A stretch of 64,000 nt of DNA from Nitrosopumilus sp. (GCA_965223425.1 OZ245003.1:1952001-2016000); one strand, 5' to 3'; numbered from the stretch's first letter, positions 9,609 through 19,177 are shown. Numbers and translations: made by a program. Notes: generated by a model from the letters alone, not told the origin.

Positions 9609-10873
9609 ACCAAAATATCATCATCAATGCACGTGTAACTTTTCGTAACTCACCAATACACGTTCTTGAGCAATTTACAATAAAAGACATGCAAGATGCG
9701 TATGAGCAGTTCAAAAAACACTCAGGATTAGACGAATGTGTGATTATTCAGACATGTAACAGAATAGAACTGTTTGGCAAATCAAAGACACATGATTTGG
9801 ACAAGATCAAGAAAACGTGGGCATCACTAACTGGACTCGAAGAAGAGGTATTCAAAGACAATGTCGAATTTGTTGAAAATCAAGAAGCACTGCACCACCT
9901 CTTAAAATTAACATCAGGTCTGGATTCCATGGTATTAGGGGAAGAGCAAATTTTAGGTCAGATAAAAAATTCCATTACTTCTGCCAGAGAGACAAAGGCA
10001 TCGGGCCAGCATCTTAACACTCTGTTTGACAAGGCAATTAGAATTGGAACTAGGATTAGAAACTCGAGTGGGATTGGCAAGGGGGGGATTTCAGTTGGCT
10101 CTATGGCAGTAAAGCTTGCAGAAGAAAATATTGATGAATTAAAAACAAAGAAGGTTTTGTTGATTGGTACCGGAGAGGTATCAACCCTTGTTGCAAAATC
10201 ATTGCAGAGAAGAGGGTATGCATTTGATGTCACTAGCAGGACCATAAGAAGATCACAAATATTTTGTGAGACGATGGGAGGAAACCCAATTAAATTTGAA
10301 GAGGTTCTTTCAGGATTTGATAATTATGACGTGTTATTTGTGGCAACAACTGCGCCATATTTTCTCGTAACTCATGAAAGAATCACAAAAGCCATGAAAG
10401 AAAAAAGTAAGGGGATGATGATTCTGGATTTGTCAAACCCCAGAACAGTGGATGAAAAAGTTGCAACTATTGGCGGCGTAAAGCTAATGAATCTAGACCA
10501 AATTGCGGAAATGGTTGAAAAAAATATGAACACACGGCAAAACAAGGTAAAAACCATTGAAAACATAATTAACGAAGAAGTATCCGTATTAGAGGCCTCA
10601 ATGAAAAGACTAGATGCAGAACCACTTGTAAAGGACGTATTCAAGAATATAGACTCTCTAAGAGCAAAAGAACTGCAAAAGGCACTACAAATGCTTGATG
10701 AGAAAGATGAAGAAAAGATCAAAATTATTGACGAATTAACAAAAGCAGTTGTTGAAGGCATTGTTTCGACTCCAATGAACAACATCAGAAGGGCATCAGA
10801 ACAAGGCAAGCCTGACATAGTGGAGTTGGCAAGCAAACTGTTTGACTATAAAAAACAAGACGAGACAGACTAG
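9605..10873 (+). CDS. hemA: Glutamyl-tRNA reductase
   Basis: TCNR.E, SGLDSMVLGEEQILGQ, IGTGE, DLSNPR. Confidence 0.96.
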   Translation: MNQNIIINARVTFRNSPIHVLEQFTIKDMQDAYEQFKKHSGLDECVIIQTCNRIELFGKSKTHDLDKIKKTWASLTGLEEEVFKDNVEFVENQEALHHLLKLTSGLDSMVLGEEQILGQIKNSITSARETKASGQHLNTLFDKAIRIGTRIRNSSGIGKGGISVGSMAVKLAEENIDELKTKKVLLIGTGEVSTLVAKSLQRRGYAFDVTSRTIRRSQIFCETMGGNPIKFEEVLSGFDNYDVLFVATTAPYFLVTHERITKAMKEKSKGMMILDLSNPRTVDEKVATIGGVKLMNLDQIAEMVEKNMNTRQNKVKTIENIINEEVSVLEASMKRLDAEPLVKDVFKNIDSLRAKELQKALQMLDEKDEEKIKIIDELTKAVVEGIVSTPMNNIRRASEQGKPDIVELASKLFDYKKQDETD

Positions 10874-10904
10874 GATTATATTTTACCCAAAGAGAATTTC
10901 TAAC

Positions 10905-11885
10905 ATGTCATTTCCTGCCAGGCGCCTTCGCAGACTAAGAACCTCAGACAAAATGAGAGAGCTGATTCAACAGACCACGCTTTCTCCAAGGGATTTCATT
11001 TGTCCAGTATTTGTTCAAGAGGGTCTAAAGAGTAGAATCAAAATAGAATCAATGTCAGAGATGGAGAGGCTGCCGTTAGATGATGTTAATGACGAGGTAG
11101 GAACAATCAGTGATTTGGGAATTCCCGCAATCATGCTATTTGGAATTCCAGCTCAAAAAGATGACGCGGGTTCTTCTGCATTTGACGACAATGGGGTTGT
11201 TCAAAAAGCAATTTCCCAAATTAGGGAAAATTTTGGAGATAAGATGGTAGTAATGGCAGATGTCTGTCTATGCCAGTTTACATCAGCTGGACACTGTGGA
11301 ATCATTCAAGGGGATAAAATTGACAATGATGCCAGTATTGACACACTTTCAAAGATAGCAGTTAGCCAGGCAAAGGCAGGAGTTGACACGGTATCGCCAT
11401 CTGCAATGATGGACGGTCAAGTAGCTGCAATCAGAAAGGCACTTGATGACAAAGGATACACAGATACTTCAATAATGTCACACTCTGCCAAACACAGCTC
11501 AAGCTTTTATGCGCCATTTAGGAATGCTGCTGAATGTGCGCCAAGATTTGGAGACAGAAAAACCTACCAAGTTCCATATACAAATGCCAGAGAAGCAATG
11601 ATGGAAGTTGAGACGGACATTAATGAAGGAGTAGATATTGTGATGATAAAACCAGCATTGTCTTATTTGGATTTGATAGCAGAAACAAGAAGAAGGTTCA
11701 ACATTCCAGTTTCTGCATATAGCGTTTCTGGAGAATATGCATTGGTAAAAGCTGCAGCACAGCAAGGATACGTAGATGAAAAAGACATCACAGAGGAGAT
11801 TCTGTATTCAATTAAAAGAGCAGGGGCAGATATGATAGTCACATATTTTGCAAAATCAGCTGCAAAATTTCTTCAGGAATCATGA
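10905..11885 (+). CDS. hemB: Porphobilinogen synthase
   Basis: DVCLCQFT..GHCG, PSAMMDG, MIKPAL, AYSVSGEY; start at ATG 10905. Confidence 0.96.
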   Translation: MSFPARRLRRLRTSDKMRELIQQTTLSPRDFICPVFVQEGLKSRIKIESMSEMERLPLDDVNDEVGTISDLGIPAIMLFGIPAQKDDAGSSAFDDNGVVQKAISQIRENFGDKMVVMADVCLCQFTSAGHCGIIQGDKIDNDASIDTLSKIAVSQAKAGVDTVSPSAMMDGQVAAIRKALDDKGYTDTSIMSHSAKHSSSFYAPFRNAAECAPRFGDRKTYQVPYTNAREAMMEVETDINEGVDIVMIKPALSYLDLIAETRRRFNIPVSAYSVSGEYALVKAAAQQGYVDEKDITEEILYSIKRAGADMIVTYFAKSAAKFLQES

Positions 11886-12196
11886 GAAACGACGAACGTT
11901 TTGAGATTGAAAGGGCATTTGATTTATTGCCACATGTTGTAGGCTCAAGTTGGGCAGTTATTTGGTTTAGAATGAAAGGAATCAAGAACCCCACCAGAGA
12001 AGAATACAGGGAGAAGACATTAGAGTATCTAAAGAAAATCGAACCAGTTTTTGATTCTTATCCAAAAGAAGGAGAAGAATTTGCAGCGATTCGCAAGTAC
12101 ATTGAATTTAGAAAAAATGAGGCATATGAAAAAATAAAATCAGGTGAAAACAAAGAAGTCGAAACCAGGTACGACAGATATGTCGATTATGGCTAA
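11882..12196 (+). CDS. Hypothetical protein
   Basis: Intact ORF overlapping the hemB stop (ATGA); host-like codon usage. Confidence 0.7.
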   Translation: MRNDERFEIERAFDLLPHVVGSSWAVIWFRMKGIKNPTREEYREKTLEYLKKIEPVFDSYPKEGEEFAAIRKYIEFRKNEAYEKIKSGENKEVETRYDRYVDYG

Positions 12197-12813
12197 AGTT
12201 CCTGTTTTAGTTGTGTTAGATACTCCTTTAGCATCTTGGTTCTCTTTTTTGCTTCTGCCTTTCCAGATTTTGTGTTCATCAACGATTCTAGTTTGAGTAG
12301 TTTTTGAAAAAAGTGATCAACTGTCCAAGTTTTATCATCTGGGTTTCTTTTTTTACAAAAAGGATCATCAATGTTGTAAAATGGTCGCTTGAGAGAGCCG
12401 CCTGTAGCAAAAACTCTTGCAATTCCTATTGCACCCAACGCATCCAGCCTGTCAGCATCCTGGAGGATTTTTCCTTCAATGGTGTTAGGGGTTTTGCTTC
12501 GTGAAAAGCTGTGATCGCGAACTGCATCTGAGATTATTGTGATCTCTTCTTCATCAAAACCATATTTTTTCAAGATTTGTTTTGATTTTTTTGCGCTCTT
12601 AACAGAAGATGTTTTTGAGCGTTTGTCAGACTTGGGATATGATACTAGGTCATGCAGTAACGCAGCACTGAGAACTAGTTTTTCATTTGCTTTTTCTTTT
12701 TTGCAGATTTTTTGCGCGTTACTATACACTCTCATAATATGTTCAAAATCGTGTGCAGAATCATTTTCCATTCTTTTTTTTACATCACTTTTAAGGGAAT
12801 CAAGGACTTTCAT
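12193..12813 (-). CDS. HD-domain phosphohydrolase
   Basis: H...H..RV, LLHD, H, DADRLDALGAIG. Confidence 0.9.
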   Translation of the reverse strand: MKVLDSLKSDVKKRMENDSAHDFEHIMRVYSNAQKICKKEKANEKLVLSAALLHDLVSYPKSDKRSKTSSVKSAKKSKQILKKYGFDEEEITIISDAVRDHSFSRSKTPNTIEGKILQDADRLDALGAIGIARVFATGGSLKRPFYNIDDPFCKKRNPDDKTWTVDHFFQKLLKLESLMNTKSGKAEAKKRTKMLKEYLTQLKQEL

Positions 12814-13434
12814 TTAGAATCTCCATATTTTTGGCTTGACAAATTTTATTTTCTTCTGAGTAATTAAAACCGTCCAATTGATTGACGCAAAAAGAATAAT
12901 CACGCCGATTCCTGCACCATCAATTAGCAAAATTCCCATAAGGCGATCTTCAAATATTTCCAGAAATGGAGTCAGAACAGCATTTCCAAAGTATATCATA
13001 ATGACATAAGAGATGACTCTACCAAGCCAAAATCCAACATAGATCCCCATGCTCTTTGCCCGCATCAGCCCATAGGTGATAAACAAGAAATTGCTTGGAA
13101 GGGGCGTTGCTCCAAAGAGGAATGAGGCTATGACATAGCCGTGTTTTTTGTGATTTAGATAATCTCCAATAATGTCAAGGTTAGATTTCTGCTCCTGCCC
13201 AGCAAATCTCCTAAATAAACCACTAATCATTTTTAGGAAAAATCTGCCTATTGTTGCCCCGGTTGCGCCCACCATGGCAAGAATGACAACATTCAAGCTA
13301 GGATCAAGAAGATAAAATGATGTCAAGACAATCCAGCTAGGTGGCATCAAAATTGGGGCAGCATTTACACCAATCAGAACTAGAAAGATTCCAAGATACG
13401 AGTACTCTCCAAAAATTTCAAAGATATCCACCAT
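12814..13434 (-). CDS. DedA/VTT-like membrane protein
   Basis: Multiple hydrophobic segments; GA.GAT.GR and F..TPLPS motifs. Confidence 0.7.
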   Translation of the reverse strand: MVDIFEIFGEYSYLGIFLVLIGVNAAPILMPPSWIVLTSFYLLDPSLNVVILAMVGATGATIGRFFLKMISGLFRRFAGQEQKSNLDIIGDYLNHKKHGYVIASFLFGATPLPSNFLFITYGLMRAKSMGIYVGFWLGRVISYVIMIYFGNAVLTPFLEIFEDRLMGILLIDGAGIGVIILFASINWTVLITQKKIKFVKPKIWRF

Positions 13435-13620
13435 ATTTCTAAGGTTATGTCATGTTTTTTGTTTCTAAACCCTTGGATTTAGCTTTTAGTCAGAAGAAAA
13501 TTTCATTATGATCCAATAAATTAAAAAAATTACATGTTTTTCAAAACAATGATCATGTATTGCAACTAATAGAATCAATTATGCAATATATTTATAAGCA
13601 GTTTACGCTCATATTTAACC

Positions 13621-13743
13621 ATGTCCGAGATGGTTTGGAAGTGTTTTAGATGCAATCTGTCTTTCAAGGACGAGGATTTGGCTGAAATACACAAACAAAT
13701 TTCAGAACATTCTGTTACCAAAGTAAAGACACTAGCTGCATAA
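13621..13743 (+). CDS. 40-aa C2H2-type zinc-finger microprotein (below the ORF-track cutoff)
   Basis: ATG..TAA reads MSEMVWKCFRCNLSFKDEDLAEIHKQISEHSVTKVKTLAA; TTTATAA TATA-like box about 25-30 nt upstream. Confidence 0.75.
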   Translation: MSEMVWKCFRCNLSFKDEDLAEIHKQISEHSVTKVKTLAA

Positions 13744-13781
13744 TTTTTAAAAATTTTCTAAATATCATGAATAAAATTTAG

Positions 13782-13882
13782 TGCAGAGGGTGGGATTTGA
13801 ACCCACGAACTCCTGAGAGAAGGGATTTCCTATTTTGAGGATCTTGAGTCCCTCTCGGTTGACCGGGCTTCGATACCTCTGC
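13782..13882 (-). tRNA. tRNA-Leu(CAA) with about 16-nt anticodon-loop intron
   Basis: GCAGAGG/CCTCTGC acceptor stem, AGGGA-CTCAAG[intron]A-TCCCT anticodon arm, long variable arm, GGTTCAAATCC T-arm. Confidence 0.92.
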
Positions 13883-14204
13883 AATGAGGTTGGATAATGA
13901 CTGATATTTTTCGATTGCTATTATGGGAATTGGATACTCTAGCGGGATTAATTTTAGATCTTCTTTCTGTTTACTTTCGGGGGATACATTCATTCTTAAA
14001 AAAAATTGTTTGAAATTTATACACTAGACATTATGCATAATTGACCAGTCAAATTTTTTTTCTACAGCGCAAGCCATCAAGATACAAAGACAGGTCCAAA
14101 AAATGACCCGTCTGGCACAAAACATACGATCACTCAACAGATCCGGGAGAATTCAAGCGCACATGTGCGCACCATTCCATGCATCATGCACCCTGTATCA
14201 CATA

Positions 14205-15396
14205 TCAACAGTCAAGTGACGGCCGCTTTTTCTTTGCATCCCACAGCAAACCAAAGTTTGCAAGGCCGGTACACACAGCCAGCTCCTCGCGAAACTCCTC
14301 TACCGTGCCGTCGTACGGGTCTGTCATCCTCGCCCGCTGCTTTATTCTTCCGATGGCGTGCCCCGCCTTTACCCTCTTGGCGCTGATCCTTTTGTTCGAG
14401 TCCTTTTGCTGCTGCGTCAGCTCCGCTCGTGGCCTCTTTTTTTCCGGCATCTCAAGTGCTATTCCCTCGTAGTGATTGGCATCCCTGGTACCCCTTGTCT
14501 GCAAGCACCGTATCCTGTCCTTTTCCGGAGTGTCTTTTTTGTACATGGATTTAGACCACCTGCCAGTCTGTCGGATCCTCTCTTATCATGGCAAGATCGT
14601 GCGTCCCGCCCTCAAAGGACCTGCCTGCTGCAAGCATCGGGCCTGCCCTGTTTGTTGTTATGGTGGTGTTAATCGTAAAGCGCTTCTTTTTGCCAGAGTA
14701 CGTGTTTTTTCTTTTATCCCTGTCCTGCGGACGCTGCCTTGGCACCACCTCGGTGCCGTCAATTATGATGGTTCTGTCCGGCATTAGCTGCTCTAGCTGC
14801 CCTGATGTCTCGGCCTTTTTTACCAGACGGGTCATCCTGTCTGCAGTAGGCAGGATCCCTGCCAGCACGGAACCTGCGAACCGGAGGTACCTGCACACTG
14901 TGGACTGATCCGCATCAAACAGCGCCCCAGGGCGTCCTGCGTCACGTTTGAGCGCCTGCGGAACAGCGCAAGCAACAGGACGGATCTGCGGCCAGGCAGG
15001 CAGCGGTTTCCGGGATCCGGTGTTTCGTCCTCTGAAAAGAGCGGCGCGTCTTTGTTGTGCCTCTTTGACTCTGCCACAAAGTCGTTGCAGATGTAGTCAA
15101 ACTGGTCAAGGTCATACGGTAATCCCTGCAAGCTTTGCGCTGTTGTGCAGTATGCCGTGGATCACCTCCCTGCTGTGCAGCAGCGACGTGTCCGTATCAG
15201 AGCGGCCTGCATCTGTAACGGCCCACAGGCTGTCCTCGCGCAGCAGCTGCTGCTCGCGCAGCAGGCCAATCGTCTTCTCGCGCTTGCTGATTGCTCTGTT
15301 GTTCTGCTTGATTGCTGTGTCCTTTTGCCTGATTGCTGTGTCCTTTTGCTTGAGCTCTTTTTGCAGCCTGCGTATAGTCTGTTCTGAAGATTCCAT
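14205..15396 (-). pseudogene. Frameshifted IS5-family (ISL2-like, DDE_Tnp_4) transposase
   Basis: Split over four ORF pieces (15112-15396, 14832-15131, 14551-14898, 14205-14546); IDGTE...RP, YSGKKK, HD, YEGI, N...SAKR....HAIGRIK motifs; GC-rich relative to the host. Confidence 0.85.
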
Positions 15397-15551
15397 TACC
15401 TGTTGCGGCGATCAAAATGGATCTAAATCTTTCGGAAAAATTTTTATGATTCAATTATGCATAAAGTCTAATTTAATCAGATGCTTGCGTTTTTCATGTT
15501 TGTTCTCATTTAGAATATTTGTAAAGATTGGGTCTGTTGCTGTAATACCAT

Positions 15552-17306
15552 TCATGTGTTGGAATGAACCTCATATTTTAGATATATTGGTTTTTCCTTT
15601 ACGTCCAAAATATCTAATATTTTTTTGAATTCATCAAAATCCTTGATATCGTCTCTTCCTTCCTTGATAGCTTGATCTACAAAGGATTCTAGTGATTGCA
15701 TGCTATACATTACCGTATACATGATAAATAATTTTCTATTCAAGGTCAAAGATGTCTTTTCATGCATATAGTCTTGAACTATTCGTCTGCTCTGATTCCT
15801 GCTATCTGTCTTACAATTATCTTGCTCGAACTGCAAAATACGTTTTTCATGCATGATGATGCGATGATATAGTTCGCCAAAATCCTTAGAGGGTAGTAAA
15901 TCTTGGACGGATCTACCATGTTGTTTTTTATTGTATCTTGATAAGATATTGATTCTCTCTGATGCCTTTGAAAACTCGTATGTAAGTGATTCTGGATATA
16001 GCAATGCTTGTTTTTCATACGAATCCTTGGGACTGTGACCAAGAACATGATCTGCAACGTCAGGCCTGCATCCAGAATCAATCAGTGTGGATTTTAACAG
16101 ATCCCGCATTTCATGTGGAGTGCACCGATTCATTGTATGATCACCACGTAGTAATTCTACTCTTGCAACCAGCTTGTGAAATCTTCTTGATAGCCAGTTT
16201 ACTGTAATCGGTTTTTTGGCTCTGTTTACAAATAATGCCTCACCAACTTTTGGTTTTGCATGGCGGACATGCAGGTATTCTACTAGAGCAACAACTGCAT
16301 CTGTGTCAAGAAATCCCATATGCAAAAAATCTGTCTTTGTTCTTCTCAACTGTATTGGTACTGAAGTATTTTTGACATCCCATAATTCTGGTTTATCTGA
16401 TTGAAAGTGCTCTACAAGCTGTTCCCATACCTCAAAATTGAATCTGTCTGCAAACGTTGAGCTGTCAAGTCCCCTCTGGAATTTGCATAAAAATACCGCT
16501 TTCTCTATTGGCTGTATGTTTCTAATGGTGAGAATTTTTTGTAGAGTTTCAATGGATAGGGGAGCAGTTGGTATGTTTTTTGTTAATCTAATTCGAGATT
16601 TAAAATAAAATATAATCTCTGATTCGTTTTCCCGAAAAAATGATCTTATTGCATACATGGAATTTTTTACCAGATGTGGTTTCTCATCAAAGGCAATTTT
16701 ACCCAAATACTCCTTTATCTGCCGGGCACACTGACTCGGTACTATTTCGTCATGTACGGATCCCAGGCTTGCAGACTCCATCTGTTCTACGGCCTTTATG
16801 GCATACATCTCAGAGGCATCGATTTTCACATCGTATCTGTCAAGCAGGCTGTGGACGCGGTTTATCACGCGTGTCCTGTCCTGTACGGTCCTGATCCTCT
16901 GTCTGACCATGGCCCGGACTCCTCTTGTGTCAGCTGACGGCACATAACACTCTGGTATTGAATCCATCCTCAATACGTTTGCTATCTTTTGTGCGTCAAT
17001 CTTGTCTGTCTTCTTTCCCGTCTTTGCAATTATTGCCATCTTGTAGGTGTTGGCAAGCTTTATGTCGATTCCATGTCTCTCAAAGGCGCCGTATGTGATG
17101 TTCCACATGTTGCCCGTCGTCTCGCATGCTGCCTGACATCTTCTGGCAGAATACCTGAGTGCCGTCTGTTCTGCGAATCTGTCTGCATCTGAGACGGTGT
17201 TTTGATACTGGCCAGTATGCAAAACCTTTCCCTTCCCGTCCATGACGCATACGTCACATTTTCTCTTTCCAATGTCTATTCCTATGCTGATTGTTCCTTT
17301 GCTCAT
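15552..17306 (-). CDS. Chimeric ORF: IS110 transposase N-terminal DEDD domain fused to a tyrosine recombinase domain
   Basis: Start ATG 17306 with GGAGGTGA ribosome-binding site. GIDIG, ACETTG, KTDKID (IS110) to about 16715, then an AT-rich part with RGLD, R.KT, TPHEMR, LGH, SY (tyrosine recombinase motifs). Confidence 0.8.
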   Translation of the reverse strand: MSKGTISIGIDIGKRKCDVCVMDGKGKVLHTGQYQNTVSDADRFAEQTALRYSARRCQAACETTGNMWNITYGAFERHGIDIKLANTYKMAIIAKTGKKTDKIDAQKIANVLRMDSIPECYVPSADTRGVRAMVRQRIRTVQDRTRVINRVHSLLDRYDVKIDASEMYAIKAVEQMESASLGSVHDEIVPSQCARQIKEYLGKIAFDEKPHLVKNSMYAIRSFFRENESEIIFYFKSRIRLTKNIPTAPLSIETLQKILTIRNIQPIEKAVFLCKFQRGLDSSTFADRFNFEVWEQLVEHFQSDKPELWDVKNTSVPIQLRRTKTDFLHMGFLDTDAVVALVEYLHVRHAKPKVGEALFVNRAKKPITVNWLSRRFHKLVARVELLRGDHTMNRCTPHEMRDLLKSTLIDSGCRPDVADHVLGHSPKDSYEKQALLYPESLTYEFSKASERINILSRYNKKQHGRSVQDLLPSKDFGELYHRIIMHEKRILQFEQDNCKTDSRNQSRRIVQDYMHEKTSLTLNRKLFIMYTVMYSMQSLESFVDQAIKEGRDDIKDFDEFKKILDILDVKEKPIYLKYEVHSNT

Positions 17307-17488
17307 CCTTCTATCACCTCCTTTCGGATCTTTGACGGATCGGAAGCTGCATACACCTATCAGGGCGCAAGGCCCAGTCACACAGCAGCTCGGATTGCCC
17401 CATTCAAGATCAAGGGCGCATGGCCCATACGTACACAGGGGTCGATTCATCACTACAACTACGACGAGGTGGTTATCATGTGTTCAAG
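16715..17488 (-). mobile_element. Truncated IS110-family element (left non-coding end plus 5' half of transposase)
   Basis: DEDD RuvC-like motifs and GC shift; the C-terminal Transposase_20 domain and right end are absent; boundaries approximate. Confidence 0.8.
17322..17470 (-). ncRNA. Putative IS110 bridge-RNA-like structured RNA
   Basis: 5' hairpin with G-U pairs followed by two stems with large internal loops, each capped by a GGGC-N5-GCCC hairpin, directly upstream of the IS110 ATG. Folded by eye only. Confidence 0.6.
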
Positions 17489-18961
17489 CTAAGGAACATT
17501 CATGATTCCTTCTTTGATCAGAAACTGTATTCCTCGAATGAAAGAGTCATCGTCTATTTGTCCTGCTGCCCACCACTCTGCATTGTTTTTAATCCAAGAT
17601 GGGATTTCATTTGAACCAGAACCAGTATTGGATGTTGGCGGAATCTTTATGATTCCTTCTTTGATCAGAAACTGTATTCCTCGAATGAAAGAGTCATCGT
17701 CTATTTGTCCTGCTGCCCACCACTCTGCATTGTTTTTAATCCATGGCGGTATTTCAGAATAGGACACATCATTATCACTTGATTCTTCAAGAAGCGGATT
17801 CTCTGCAATCTCAACTTCCACTATCACATATCCGCCCAATTCAGAATTTGGTACTTCATATTCGTATCCTGTGCCGTGAACAAATATTGCATAACGGACA
17901 GTGCCTGCCTTTTCTTCTATTGGAAGAAGAATGTGGGCCTGGCCAAACCCGTTAAACAGATCTGCACGTCCAATGTCTTTGGCATACGAGCGAATTCTGT
18001 TGTTATCCTCATCTACTACCCAGATGTCATAATGAACCTGATCAACAAATTCCACTTCATTGTACTTGTTCATGAAATTTATTTTCCAGTCAATGTTGCA
18101 GCCCTCAATAGGTACCTCCGGAGAATAGTTGTACTGTACCAGCATGGAAAATGTGTTTGTGGATGCACGGCCACTCACATAATCATGAAATACGGTTGGA
18201 CATCCCAGCAGCTGTTCTTTTTTGACTGTTGATTCAACATCTCTGAAAGGATCATCTGTAACGTTTTCTTCATAATCTAACAAAGTGTACTGATGCATTA
18301 TTGGGGCAATGCCTGTTGTGACCCATGCAAAAGTAAGTGCCTTGAGGGGGAAAGGAAAATCATCCAGTATCCAAATCTCATTATTGTTTCCGCTGTACCA
18401 CCCAACTACAACGGCATCAGCAGTTCCTGCAGGAGTGTTTATCGTCTCCACTCGTTTTGGAATTAGCTGGGCGCCTCCAATGGCTGCAATCTTTCCCCAT
18501 GCGGCATCCCGGAATTCCTTTGGCCCGTGAACTCTATCATCTTCATTTGCAGTGGCAAAAGCAGACAGCCAGCTCAATGAGGACTTGAATCCAATTGCAT
18601 AGTCAAAAAGATCATCATCAAACAAAAAGGGGTTGGGGGCAACCTTGCCAAGCCCCATCGAGCCTTTGATGATCTTATTGCCGTCAATGACTACAACCTT
18701 TGCATCCCACAATGACTCACTTTCATTTTGTATCTCTCCTTTGATCCACATCTTCAGTTTGATTGGTGCACAGTCATTGAGATCTATTTCACACAAAGAA
18801 TACTCAAAGTAATCTCCAATTTTTAGTCCCTCGCCTGAATACCAAGAGCCGTCAACATCAACGCCGCCTGATGTTTGAACGCCCTGGCCAAAAGAGAGGT
18901 TTGAAAATGCAGGAATCGCACCTAAAATTAAAACTGACGCAACAATCAATACTAGTCTCAA
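17489..18961 (-). CDS. Secreted/surface protein with duplicated thaumarchaeal C-terminal IPxWIKNNA.WW..G.I.D..F..GIQ.LI domain
   Basis: Signal peptide; two copies of the characteristic Nitrosopumilus-type C-terminal motif. Confidence 0.85.
   Translation of the reverse strand: MRLVLIVASVLILGAIPAFSNLSFGQGVQTSGGVDVDGSWYSGEGLKIGDYFEYSLCEIDLNDCAPIKLKMWIKGEIQNESESLWDAKVVVIDGNKIIKGSMGLGKVAPNPFLFDDDLFDYAIGFKSSLSWLSAFATANEDDRVHGPKEFRDAAWGKIAAIGGAQLIPKRVETINTPAGTADAVVVGWYSGNNNEIWILDDFPFPLKALTFAWVTTGIAPIMHQYTLLDYEENVTDDPFRDVESTVKKEQLLGCPTVFHDYVSGRASTNTFSMLVQYNYSPEVPIEGCNIDWKINFMNKYNEVEFVDQVHYDIWVVDEDNNRIRSYAKDIGRADLFNGFGQAHILLPIEEKAGTVRYAIFVHGTGYEYEVPNSELGGYVIVEVEIAENPLLEESSDNDVSYSEIPPWIKNNAEWWAAGQIDDDSFIRGIQFLIKEGIIKIPPTSNTGSGSNEIPSWIKNNAEWWAAGQIDDDSFIRGIQFLIKEGIMNVP
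17502..17743. repeat. 95-bp identical direct repeat (17502-17596 and 17649-17743)
   Basis: Nucleotide-identical copies 147 bp apart encoding the duplicated C-terminal domain. Confidence 0.9.
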
Positions 18962-19177
18962 TATGAGATCAATTCAAATGCGTGCCTCATAAGTTATTCT
19001 ATGTTTTCTCACATATGACAATATTATGAATAGCAAAACCACAGTTTGAGCAGGCGGTTCTTAGAATCTAAAAGTATCAACATGGCAATCTTGAAACAAA
19101 ACACCGGTTGCTGGATTTTCTTGATACCAGACACACACACACATCATGCTTAATAATTATCAGCACGTATCTATGTA

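Noticed and set aside
14948-15628. 226-aa plus-strand ORF and other antisense ORFs over the IS elements (e.g. 26804-27511)
   Set aside because: Shadow frames of GC-rich transposase genes with no recognisable motifs.
17307-17453. N-terminal 49 aa of the 633-aa ORF
   Set aside because: A strong RBS precedes ATG 17306, and the upstream region is better explained as structured non-coding RNA.
17502-17743. Diversity-generating retroelement TR/VR pair
   Set aside because: The copies are identical (no adenine-specific differences) and there is no reverse transcriptase in the window.
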